From Felis catus (lineage: Eukaryota), in contig NC_058368.1 of assembly GCF_018350175.1 (NCBI RefSeq), positions 7,750,001 through 7,814,000 on the forward strand: 64,000 nt of DNA. Direction: 5' to 3'. Position numbers and translations under genes: made by a program. The number at the start of each line of letters is the position of its first letter. The first letter of the stretch is position 1. The notes beneath the pieces were generated by a model that ran no database searches, had not been told where the DNA came from, and saw nothing but the letters and a program-made list of their open reading frames with translations. Positions 25,275 to 37,623 of the stretch are shown piece by piece.

Positions 25275-28200
25275 GTAGGTGAAGTTGAAACTTATGTGAG
25301 ACTAAATGGAATATACAAGTGATATTGGGGTCATCACCTATATAATGGTCAATATTCTCCTAAGTTGGGGAGGTGCTTTTAATGGACTGTGATATTTTCG
25401 TTGCTTTTGCTTGCCTTTTTTTTTTTTTTTGGTATATATTTCATATGTGTAGAATTTTATTTATCTCTGTGCATGAAATAGAGATGTTTTATGTAAAGGA
25501 ATGAAATCCTTCTCTTTTTTCCTCATTTTCTTTACCTTAATATATTCTATTTTTAAGAAAACATCAAATTTAATGTTGTAGTTGCTGTTAATGTGACCCA
25601 TTACAGGCACATTAATCATATTTTAACTTCATTTCCTAACTGCTTTGTCTAAATTTCAAAGATTTCTCCCCTAATTTAAACTTCTCATTATGAGGCAGAC
25701 TTAAAAATCTTCAACTTTTCGTAATTGGTTCAACTGTTTAAAAACAGTTTAAAATCTCTCATATCAGAAATTTAACTGTATTTTACTTGGCATCGAGGGT
25801 GATAGGTCGGGCATAGATTTTGAAGTATTTTATAGGGCTACTTCTATGACAGGTAGAAGTGAAGATTTTATTACAGTTTGATGCCTTTGAGTCTTACGGA
25901 GAATCATCATGTTAATGGTAATAATAATCTACAGAAGGTGATATTTTTGGTTAGGATCAGTAGCAGCTAAAGATGTTCAGGAGGTTGTAAATCTTGGTGG
26001 AAATTACTACAGTGTTGTAACTAATTCAGTTTCCTAAGTAATGGAAGAAAAGAATATTAATTTTGGGAAACTGATACAAGTTTAAGATGGTTTTAGGAAG
26101 CATTTGATCAGAGGGTGGTATAAAAGGAAATTCAAGAAGACTAGATATTCTCAAGATAAGAATTAATGGCGTCAGGTATAAATGACATTTAATACTTTAT
26201 GCACCTAGTATTATCTCCATTTTGAACAATAGATAAGAACAAGGAGGTAATTAATTATGAACTACTTTTAATGTAAACTAAAATGTGTGGGTTTAATTTT
26301 ATACATTTCCTTATGCTGTCACCGAGAGCACATTTACTCTTGCTTTACATACTGGTCTTATAAGTTGGAGCGTGTAGTTTTGAATCCACATAGTAGAAGT
26401 GGAATAGAATTGAACGCAGGTTGGCTAACTGACAGTAGGGAGCAGGGACAGCAGACAAAGCCTGGCGACATGGAAGGAAACCGTAAAATGCTGAAAAGCA
26501 GGTGAAAGCTAGAAATCAAACTATCTGGAGCTTTTCAGTTTAAGGAAAAAATAAAAAGCCCTTCAGTAGTCTGAGGAGTCCCCTTAATGGCCTTTTCACC
26601 TCTTTATTTTTTGTTGTTTTTTGCATTTTTGATGATCAGTTAACTGTGATAAGTAGCATTTCTGACGTATGAGTAGAAAGTAAGACTAGCATGGCAAACA
26701 AACACTTTTGAAAGTATTCCTAATATGAGGCTTTAGTACCTTAAAATTGAAATGTGATTGAGAGCTGCCGATACTCATTTTTGAGAAACCAGTAAAAATC
26801 CCTGGAGATTGGAAGGAGGAGGATATAGCGTCCATTCTTCTACAATTCATTTTAGTGTAGGAAAGTACTAGAAGGAAATGTTGTTACCAATCTGAGCTCA
26901 GCGTTTGGAAGGGAAGTGGAGTAACGTGCTGAAACGAGCACGGTGCTGCAACTTGTGAGGCCCGGCGTCTCCAGCTTTGTGACCTCGGGCCAGCTTCCTC
27001 GGCTGCAGTGTGTGCGTCCGTGAAATGACGGACGTGCCCTGGATAATGACTGTGGTGTCTCTCTCCTGTCTAAAACTCACTGTCTGTCTAAACTGAAAGG
27101 ACCTACAGGTCAGTCTCTACTGAGAAATTCAGGGTTCACATAGTGGTAGGTCTTTGCAGGACCACATTTTCTTGCCATTTACATTTAAAATAACATGTAG
27201 GGACATAGATTTTTTTCCCCCGTAGTGGACTGTATAGTTAGGAATCTGTTGGTACAGGTTGCGTGTGTTTTAAAATTGTTAATGGTTGAATTGAGAAAGT
27301 TTAAAATTTCTTTGTGTTAGTAAAACTCTTAGCATAAGAATATTGTATGCTACGCTTTGTAAATTGAAGGCATATGTAGACTTTTTCTTTGGTCGTAGTA
27401 ATTCTCAATGTCTGCTTAATGATGTCGTTTTAGTGGAAGTAACTCAAATTTATGTAAATATAATTCTAAGTTGATTTAGAAGGCTGCCATGATTACTGAG
27501 AGACCTTTTATTTCATAATGATATTGGAGGGAACAGACAGTTAAGTTAGGCCATACCCACTGCTGTGTTTCATAGCTAAATTATTTTCTGGAAATCTCAG
27601 GCCAGTCCCTAGGCCAGGCATGCTGCTGTTTTTGCCTGGGGACTATGAGAATTCTCGGGGTCAGATCAGACCACTGCTTCTACTGTAAGCAGACTTATTC
27701 TGTGCTGTGTGGGAAATTGCAAAAGAATGATGTTTGTACTGACTGCTTCTCTCAAATCTAATTGAAAAGGCAGTACATGAACCTACTTACAGCATATTAA
27801 TTAGTGCCAACGTAAATGTCTGATGATTGCCAAATCGCAGAGAATTCTCTAGATGCAGAAGTGTTTATGGAGAAAAGATATTTTGAGTTGTGGTTTTTTG
27901 AAGGTGTGGAATATGGAGAGGAAAGACTCTTAATCAGAAGATATTGCTCAATTATAAGTAGAGAGTTAGGATCTTCAGTAAATTTTTACATCCTCTTTAT
28001 CATAGACAAGCTAAGAGACTATGACCGGGGCCCTGTATCTGTAGGGACTGGCTGAAGTAAAATGTGGGATGTGGAAAACAGTATTAAACAGGTTCATTGC
28101 CATTTGTGTGCGTTGCTTTATTGTTGCTAGGCATGTGAAAGACTTCCTGAAGAGTCGTGTACTGAGAATGTATGCATTAGGGCAGTACTTACTGCTCATG

Positions 28201-31200
28201 CCCAGGGACCGGCGCCAGTCCCTGAAGCGTCTGGTACCTGTCTGTGGAGACGGAAGTTAAAAGATTGGAAATACCTTTTTAGAAACTTCTGTAATAATTT
28301 GATAATACTGCAACATCCAAATATGTGCTCACTTTTCTGGTAATTCCTTTTTACTTTATGAAAGTATACAACCATGATATATAGGAAATTATGAAAAAAA
28401 TGATCTTTCACAACTGATGTTTGAGAAGCACTGATTTGTTTTCTACATTAGGTAAAAAGAATATGATAGATAGGAAAAGTAACCATTGTTTGAAAGTGTG
28501 TATAATCGTTGTTGGCCAGGAGTGGTGGTGGAAGAAAGTGAATTGTAGCCGTGTATTCTGGGGGAGAGGTAAGCCCCCCAAAACACTAGAGAAGGGGTTT
28601 TGTTGAAAATGGGAGTTAATGTATTTGAGATTAATACACGAGGAAACCTTAACAGCAAGAGAGATCAAGCTGCAAACTGGCGTAACAGAAAAAGGGGTCA
28701 GAGTCACCGTGAATCACAAGTGTGAAGTATAGAGCTGTACGGTTTTGGGTAAGGATCCTTTGGGAAGAGAGTATCTTTGTAACAGAGTTAGATGTTGAAA
28801 TACAGGTATGCATAAATGAAGTGAATCAGCACTATGACGTCTTGCTGGGTATTCTTGCTAAGCTGTGAGTTTGTATGCAGGGCGACCACAGATGATTGAG
28901 ACAAAGCCCAAGCAGAGTGAGAAGCTTCAAAATTTGTATTTGGCGTTGCTGGCCTCCCCTTGTGTATCTCTTTCTTAGCCTTTCTTTGCCCTTCTTTGCC
29001 CTCATGTTTTAGTCATCGAGAGTCCTTTTCGCGTTCACCGCCTCCCTCCCCCACAGCAAAGAAGGCTCTGGTGGCTGTCATTTACACTTCTTGCTTTAGT
29101 TGTACTTTATGATGTTGTTTCAGTCAACACGCGGTTTTACCTGGGCACTTGCATTTTATTTCTAGCAATGGGAGAAGAGCTTTTTAAGGTTTTAATTAAC
29201 AAGTTAAAGCCTTTGGACTCAGGAGACAATGATTTCTAATGTATCATGTTTATTTCTCCTGATTTTAAAGCTCTTGGCTAGGATGAGGGAAGTGGGACCA
29301 AAAGGGTTTGGCTTATCTGCTGATTGTTTGTTTGTGAGGATGTGTTATTTGTGAGGATGTGTAGATTTTGGACGTCCAGTTCTGGATTATTCTGTTTGAG
29401 GGAGAAGTTGACTAGCAATACTTTCTCTGCTTCCTTCCATGTTTTATCTCAGTTTGAGACCTCCTTCCCACTGTTTTCTACCTCAAGAGCATACACCTCC
29501 CTCTCTCACCCATCTGTATTACAAAATTTACTGGCGATATAGTATGTTTTCTGATTAATTTGACGTTTAAATTTTTTCTTGTAACCTTTTTGTTTTAATG
29601 TCTTCAAAAGATGACTTTTATATTATTTCTAATCTAGGGAACAAACTATGGAGTTACAAGGAAACTGGAGACTATTTGTGGTAGGGTTCTTTTATTGGAG
29701 AAAGCTAAAGTAAATTTGGAGAGATTAATAGAATTATAGCAGAGGAAGTTTGGAATGTAAATCTTTCCTTGATCCTTCTGCGGCTTAGGCTTATTTTGGA
29801 ACATCAAGCCAAATATTGATCTCAGGAAAAATAAAAGGGGACGAGAAAATGGAGAAATTGAAATGGAAGTCTTAATGGAAATTGACAATATAAAACTTCA
29901 CCTGTAGAACCACAGTTTTTAACCTTTTTATATATGTTCTCAAGAATTGTTTTGCTTAGTATTTAGGTTTTGCAGATCAGCCACATCAATATCATTTACC
30001 CATGAGTATCGTATGAGTAATGTTTCTATGGAAAATTGTGTTTAGAATTCCAAATTAAACAGAGCTATTCTTGTTTTACTGGCGTAGATGAAACCTCCAT
30101 TCATCTCCACTTGCCAAGCTGTGGGAATGTGTGCTCTCCCAACTTAAGCCAGAGGTAGGTGAGGTCGTAGATTTAGAGACGCACATGAGTCCCTATGGGA
30201 ACTGGTAGAGTTGTTAGATCCAAGTCCCTGCAGGTAGGGAGGCGCCTTATGCCATGGTCCCCGTTTATAGCTTACTCAGAGCTCCTGTTGAGTTTTTATT
30301 TCTCTCAAAGAGCAAACAGTCGGAGTAGTGATAACCCAGTGGTGTTGAATAATGCTTGGAAGTCTTAGGGTTTGGAGTTGGATGCCAGGCAGTCTGAATC
30401 GATTCTCCATTTCTTCACGGATTATGTTTGTGTCTTTAAGCTTAGTTAAGCGTTTCTCCATTCGCAAGATGAAAACAGTAATCATGCTGAGTGCCTACTA
30501 TGTGGCCTTATGAGGACTAAACGAAAAATATTTCCTGGCCCAGAAGTGCCCGATAAATGGTAGTTGTACTAATACATTGTTAACTGTAGCTAAATAAATA
30601 ATCTGTTACTGCTCACTGTGGATTAGGCTGTGTTGTAATTGCGACTGGAAATAGGGGTCTCCAATAGCTGCTCTGAGGATGTCCATCTTTTCTGTGAGGT
30701 GTTCAGGACCCCCCCCCCAACTTTTTTTGTGTCTCCTCCCCACATAGCCGTTAGCTTCTCGAACACGTGCTTCCAATTTGGTGAAAATGCATGTGGAGAT
30801 TTCTCATGATGTAGTGAGAGATGGATAAAAACTTGATTTTATTTGTATTGATAATGATTTTCTGTATCTGTTCCAGGTAATGTGTTAAACTTACATAATT
30901 CTTTCATAAGTTAATGTTTTATCTTTTGTATCATTTAATCATCCCAACGGGTCTTTGAGAGAGATTATTTTTCTCATTTTACAAAATTGGAGAATGGAAG
31001 TTTTGAGAGAGAAAGTAATTTACCTAGAATAATATAGATAATAATTACTTATATTTCAGAGAAAACCCAAAGTCTTTCTAGCAAGGGCAATATGAGAAAG
31101 GTGAAATGAGTCTTTGATAAGGTGAAAAATAGGTAGTGGAAAGAGGCTACTGGTAATATACAGGGGAAGAGATAAAACATTGACCTTATGCCTGTACCTT

Positions 31201-32828
31201 TTTCCATTTATGTGATTCTCAGTAAAAATTTCTATAAACACAGTTTCTGGGGCAGGAACACACAATTAAACTTTTGATGTTTGAAAAAAAAATAAACTTT
31301 TGATGTTTGACAGATAACCTTTTAGAGATGTTGTACATGTTTACATTCCTACTGATAGGTTCTGGTTTCCTACAGACTTGATAACACAGAGATGTAAAAG
31401 TATTTCGCATCTTTGTTACTGTATAAGGCAACCCACCCCTCCCCCTCATTGTTTAAATTTGATTACTGGTGCTGTTGAACTACTCATTTATGTTAATTGG
31501 TCATTGGTGTTTCTTTAATGTCCTTGGTTCGTTTTTCTATTAGGCTATTCTTTTTAAATTCGTTGTAAGCTCTATGTATGTTAGAGATTTAGGCCTCTTC
31601 TAGTGGATGTTTCAGTCTCCCATTTTGTTTTTGGTCTTGAATTTCACAAGTAATTTACGCTGTCACTTTTGAAATGTCACACAGACTCTGATTATCCCTT
31701 ACTAAGTACATTTAAAAAGAACAAAATATTAAGCTCATTTTGGTTAAAATAACGTGGTAATTCCCTGTATGCCGAGTCAGTGATTTTAAATTGAAGGGAT
31801 TGTCGATGTTTTCTTGTAATTTTAATGTATTGTCGTTTTATTGCTAATGATCTATAGTAGTTAACGTTCCTTAGCAAATGGATATGTTCTTCATCTTCTC
31901 TGCATTTTAATTGTCAGATTTAAATGTGACATTTTTCCTATTGTTTTTACCTCCAGTCTTAATTTATTCTTTTCTTTAAAATGCTGTGTAAATAAGATTA
32001 GATTCAAAGTTGTTTAGAAATATGATAGTTCTTACAGGAAAGGACTCAGTTTTGAAAGAGTTAATTTTGTTTTCCTGCAAAATAGAGAGTACTCCAGGTT
32101 GACTTCCAGGATTGTGTTGAGATAAAGATATGCTTTGGAAAGAACAGATTAAATTTTGTTGTGACAAATTAGGAGTTCAACCATGTACTACTTTCTGTAC
32201 TTTAGTTTAATTGGTATGTTGTGGGCAGTGACCACTTGGCCTTTGTTGTTGAGTCAAGAAAGAATCTTCCAAATTTATGACTGCAAGGAAATTGTGTTCT
32301 ACCGATGGATTATAAAAGATCTTGTGGCAGATTTGCGTTTTGGAGGTTGTTTTTGTTTGGTTTGGTTTCTTTTTGTTTTTTTAAGAGGTGAGTAGTGGTT
32401 TGATGTTTGACACTTTATACCGTATTTAAACATGTGAACTGCGGCAACATGCCTTTTATATACAGTGTGTAATACTCTTGGGCTGTAGTCATTCTCTTGG
32501 TTTAGCTTTGGGCGTTTTGAGTTAGTTCTCAACCCAGTAATGATAGTTGGGTAAAACCATGGTGCATTGTCTATCTGGACTTGGGAACTAGTAGCTCATT
32601 CTGAGATTATGTGGTTGACTTCTTTTTACTCTGCTCTGGTCATTGTGTTTACAAAGTGAAGTAGCTGATTTCAGCCGCTTGGCATTGCTCTTGGTTCACC
32701 TCTATTTTCTACAAAGTCGGGGTCAGTAATGAATTAGTAAAGGTGAGTTTAGAATTCCCATCCACAAACATGCTAGCCTAAGTTTTAGCTAAATTGAACC
32801 CAAAGTGCATAATTTCCCCAACTCTGTT

Positions 32829-32995
32829 TTTTTCTTAAATGTTTGTTTATTTTTGAGAGAGAGAGGGAGACACCGAATCCGAAGCAGGCTCCAGGCTCCG
32901 AGCTGTCAGCACAGAGCCTGACGTGGGGCTCGAACTCACGAACCGCGAGATCGTGACCTGAGCCGAAGTCAGAAACTGAGCCCCCCGGGCGCCCC
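32829..32995 (-). mobile_element. CAN-SINE (internally shortened)
   Basis: TSD TCCCCAACTCTGTTT. Confidence 0.88.
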
Positions 32996-33234
32996 TCCCC
33001 AACTCTGTTTAATTCCCAGGATGTTTTCCCCTGCATTTTGGAAATGGGGAGAGGGAGCTGCTTAATTTTATTTCTTTGAATGGAGCCTCTGTAGCTCTTG
33101 TTTCTCATCGATCCCGTCCATGCCAGGTAGATTCAGAGATTGATTCATTCGGGAGTTTGTATTTGGCTATTTTAGGATTAGCTAGAATAAGGTTAAGATT
33201 GAAATATGTTAAGGAATATGGAACAGGTTTCTTC

Positions 33235-33455
33235 AAATTGGAGGCAGAATATCACAGTTACGAGTGCAAACTCTGGAGCCCGACCTTACGCTAGTTGTGG
33301 GATTATAGGTGAGTTATTTTAACCTCGGATAGCCTCACTTTTCTCATCGGTGGAGCGGGCTTTACGGTTGTGCTGGTCTCACAGAGTTGTGAGCATGAAA
33401 TACGTTAATGGGTATAAAGTGCTTGGCGTAGTGCCTTGTGCTTGCCACGTGGTAG
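33235..33455 (+). mobile_element. MIR remnant
   Basis: TTTAACCTC...GCCTCACTTTTCTCATC...CTCACAGAGTTGTGAG...AAAGTGCTTGGCGTAGTGCC follows the MIR core and 3' layout. Confidence 0.7.
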
Positions 33456-34782
33456 TTGTTGTTCCAGTCTTCTGTTGCTTATGATTCTGTAGTTCTAAAA
33501 CGTGTGTATCTGTTTCTGAATGTGTGTGAGATTACTTTTGAGTAACCACTGCTTTAGTTTAGGTTCAGTTCTATCTAGTAAAGAGCATCTCTGAGGATAT
33601 TCTGCTTCATTTCAAGATTGAAGCCAGGGGACAAATGTAAATAAATAAAAAGGGAACCTTCTGCTAATGAGTGATCAGGCGTTTAGCATCATGGGTACTT
33701 TTGATAAAGTACTGGAATCCATTGTCAAACTTGATTACAGTTATAAAATGATTACAGTTGATAGTTTCTTGTGGAAATAACTTCCATGACTTGAGAAAAA
33801 CACCTTTCCTCAGATTCACTTAAAATAACTTGGGCACGGTATTTTCTTTCTCTATGTTTTATATTCAGTTCCATTCTAAACCAGAAGAATAAAAGAAGTT
33901 GCAGTTTGGTGTTCCAGTTCTTTAGAAATTAAATGTAGCCTTGCTTAGCAGAAGTACTCCACTGGTCTTGCTTTTGTTGGCGTAGAACTCCGTTATAACC
34001 TGGAGGTTTTAAGAACAGAAGGAATAACCGCTTTGTAAGCTTCCTTAAACATATGCATAGAATATTGGGGGACTGACTCATGGTAGAGCCTAAAAATATG
34101 TTCGTGTGCGTATGTAAATCCTGTTTTGCTTTATTTGATACAACTTAGAGCATCGTCTGTTTTCATCCTGTTATCCTGTACATTGACTTCGCAAATTAAA
34201 AGGGCTTTTTCATTTATAGATGTTTTCCTGCCCCCGAGTCTCTAACAGTGGGTCTGTTTTTTAGTGGACTCGCTTGCCCATTGTGTCCTACTCTTGGTTT
34301 TATTTGAACAATGAAAGCTTAAGGAACCTAGTATGTTTTCACAAATAGCCCACAATTATAACGAATGGTGGGACAAAATACAACATAATCTTTGAAGCTG
34401 GCTTACTCTGTTTTTGATTTTTTAAGTGTTTTACTCACGGGGAAGATGATTGGAGCCCATGCTGCAGTGGTTTGTAGGTCTGGATTTACTATTCTAAATT
34501 AATTAGGTGTAGGAGCCTTTAAAATCCACATAGTAAATTAGGTAGAGGTAGTTCCCTGTCTTGATGATTATATGGAAATTAGTTAATGTATTTGATTTAA
34601 AAAATTCAAATGGTTTTAGTCAATTTGGGGGTCTATTTTTTCCCAGTGAGTTTAGATTACCCACCAATCGTTAATGAAATTATAATTTCCAATTTACTTC
34701 TCATAATTACAAATATGCTAAAATATTAGGACATTTCATTAATTTAGGGACGACTGCTGTGAGCTGGAAGAGGTTTTGTTTT

Positions 34783-34819
34783 TATTTTATTAAAAAAATG
34801 TTTTTAATGTTTATTTATT

Positions 34820-34861
<42 letters not shown>

Positions 34862-34873
34862 GAGCAGGGAAGG

Positions 34874-34910
<37 letters not shown>

Positions 34911-35169
34911 AGAATCCGAAGCAGGGTCCAGGCTCTGAGCTGTCAGCACAGAGCCTGACTTGGGGCTCGAACTCACGAACCGTGAGATCATGACCTGAGC
35001 CGAAGTTGGACTCTTAACCAGCTAAGCCACCTGGGCACTCCTGAAGAGGTTTTGTTTTTCAAGTTTTATTTTTATTTATTTAAATAATCTCTGCACCTAA
35101 TGTGGGGGTCAAACTCCCGGCCCTGAGATAAAGAGGCACATGTTCTTCTGACTGAGACAGCCAGGTGCC
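34783..35169 (-). mobile_element. Two tandem antisense CAN-SINEs, with expanded (GA)n
   Basis: GAAGAGGTT occurs three times (near 34767, 35044, 35174), consistent with sequential insertion at one site. Confidence 0.85.
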
Positions 35170-35367
35170 TTTAGAAGAGGTTATATTAAAAAGATAAATA
35201 AATAAAAAAAATGCAGGTTTATTTTCAAATAAATATGTAGTCAGTCCTAGAGCAGAGGTTTCTATTAGTGGACCTCAGGAGTGGCAGGAGGTAGGTTGCT
35301 GAGTTATTATAGTAAAAGGTAATGGGAATTAATATAGTTACTAAGTATTATCTGAATGGAGATAGTT

Positions 35368-35408
<41 letters not shown>

Positions 35409-36224
35409 CTATTTTCTAAGTTACCTGAAGAAGTTGTGACTAATAAAATGCAAACCATTTAAAAGTGGCATTCATAATACTTTAAATCATCACTCGTTGT
35501 TTTAGAAGTACAAATAGTGAATGTTTTTGATGTTCGAAAGGGTTTCTTAAAATTCAGGGTGTTGGAAACTTTTTGTACTATGGTAACAACTTGATTTCTA
35601 TAGTTTATCCCTAATTAGTTAATGATATATAACAACATACGGCTAGTAATAGGAAGCATTGTTAAAGCATTGCTGTTTTGCAGTTGTACCAGAAGAATTG
35701 TGCACTGAAAAATTGGTCTGTTACTTAGTGGCTTTAACTACATTTTCTATACATGCAGTGGTATTTATAGATTTTTCTTTGGCTAGACTGTGAAGTTTTT
35801 TAGGGGAAGAGAATAGATCTCAGCTTTGTATTTCTAGGAAGAAGAGCAAAGAGTGTTATGTTGAAATGTCGAGTGAATGAATGACTAAAAAAAAGTGTGT
35901 GCAGTTAGGCTTTTGAACTCAAAGAGTCGTAAAAATTAGCTTTTACTATTCTTTCTTTTGATACGGAGACATCCCTCATGTGTAAGGAGCAAAGGAGGAT
36001 TTCCTTTAATCTTAAACCATTGGAAAGGGCTTTTATGGACTAGGTCATGAGATTTCGAAGAGCCAGCATTGAAAAACTTCTGCAGGGTATATGAGTAATG
36101 GTCTCGAAGTATGTAGGTCAAACTCTGTTGAACTCTTGCTATTTCCGGGAGTGGCCTCAGTTTCTGTCTGGACCGTTTGTTGTTTTTTCTCTAGGTCTTT
36201 TCTGTAATATTCTCTAGAACTTTA

Positions 36225-36385
36225 CTCCTCCCAAAGTGTGGTCACCAGAGCGGGAGAGTACTAGTAGTTGTGGGAGCCTTTTAGAAATGCAGTCTCAGGC
36301 TTCGCTCGAGGTCCACTGAAGCAGAATTTTTATTTTAATAACATTTCCAGAAAATTCATAGGTTCCTTACAGTTTGAACACAAAA
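36225..36385. mobile_element. MER5A-like hAT-Charlie MITE
   Basis: CAAAGTGTGGTC...TTAGAAATGCAGTCTCAGG...ACTGAAGCAGAA...TTTTAATAA resembles the recalled MER5A consensus. Confidence 0.65.
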
Positions 36386-37103
36386 GGATCCTTGAATACT
36401 TTTGTTGAAGCCAGTGTGTTGTTTTAAAATGCCTAATCAAATGAGTAAAACTATTTTCATCTACTCTTACCGTACTGTTTATTTAGATTTTGTGAAGAAT
36501 GATAAAAATCGTTCGCTGTTGTAGTGAATCTTGAGATTTTAAAGCAGGGATTGTGTAACTCTAGAGAGAGGGAGAGGGGGAGGAACACTTTCAGGATATT
36601 TTACCACAGGAACAGAAAGAGATTGGGAATTTTGATGTATGGTGTGGACTTGGTAGGAGATGGGGCAGAAAAGCTGGTGATTTACAGATAGGACAGGACA
36701 CTTAAAAATACTTCCATTCTGTAAGTAGAACTCCACGGAGGGCGAGGCTATCAAGCACGGAGGGTCAGCAGTGCCCTTTACTGCTTTTGTTGACTATCGA
36801 CGTTCTCAAGATTGGTCTAGGAGAGGGAAGAGGGCTTTTGTTTGCTCTGGAGGGGAGGGTTTGGATCTTACAGAACTCAGAATGTTAGGGGAATAACTTT
36901 AGGGATTAATAAGCATTTCCCGTAAAATTTTCTTCGCCCCCTTTTATTTCCTCATCTTCGATTTGACTTCTCCGGTCTCCTTAGCCCCCACTTTCAGTGA
37001 GTCACCGATAGCAGTTCTTAGCCCAGCATGTCTCTTCCCACCCAGGCCGTAATTAGCTTCGTTCCCACTTCAGTTCCCTTGAGTTCACATCCTGGAGAAT
37101 CAC

Positions 37104-37305
37104 CAGCGATTCTCAAATGGGGCCAGTTTTGTGCCCCTGCTCCCAGGGAACACTGGAGATCTTTCTGGGTTGTCACAGTTGGGCCTGTGGGGCCACTGGC
37201 TTCCAGAGGCAAGAGGCCGGGGACGCTGCCGAAACGTGCCGTGGTGCCCAGGGCGGCCTCCACGGCCGCCAGCCCCGTGGGTGAGTGGGGGCTGAGCAAC
37301 CCTAA
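37104..37305 (+). mobile_element. MER20-like hAT-Charlie element
   Basis: CAGCGATTCTCAA...TTTTGTGCCCC...CTGGAGA...GGTTGTCACA...GAGGCCGGGGACGCTGCC...GCTGAGCAACCCT follows the recalled MER20 layout. Confidence 0.75.
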
Positions 37306-37623
37306 CCCGGATTGCCGCCACAGCCCACCGTGGGTCTGCCCGTTGCCAGTGTAATGTTCCATCGGAAGCTTTCACGAGTTCCTGTTGCCCATGGAATGAA
37401 GTCTGAAGTCCTTGGGACGGGATAGGAACGGTTTTTTTTTTTTATTGCTTTGAAGCCTCATCTTTTGCTCTTGGAGGTTGGTTGGCCCTCTGCTCTCCTG
37501 GTAGACTTAATACTTGCGGTTTGCCCTTGCCCTTGACAAGGGCCCTTGTGTGCCCTTGCCCACAGTGCCTGTATGCATCTATGCGTCTACGTACACCTTT
37601 CTTCTGGCCTACAGTGGCGCGCG

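Noticed and set aside
29328..29362. 17-bp tandem duplication TTTGTGAGGATGTGT and similar short duplications (12734, 33731)
   Set aside because: Ordinary slippage duplications; only two copies, not an array and not CRISPR-like.
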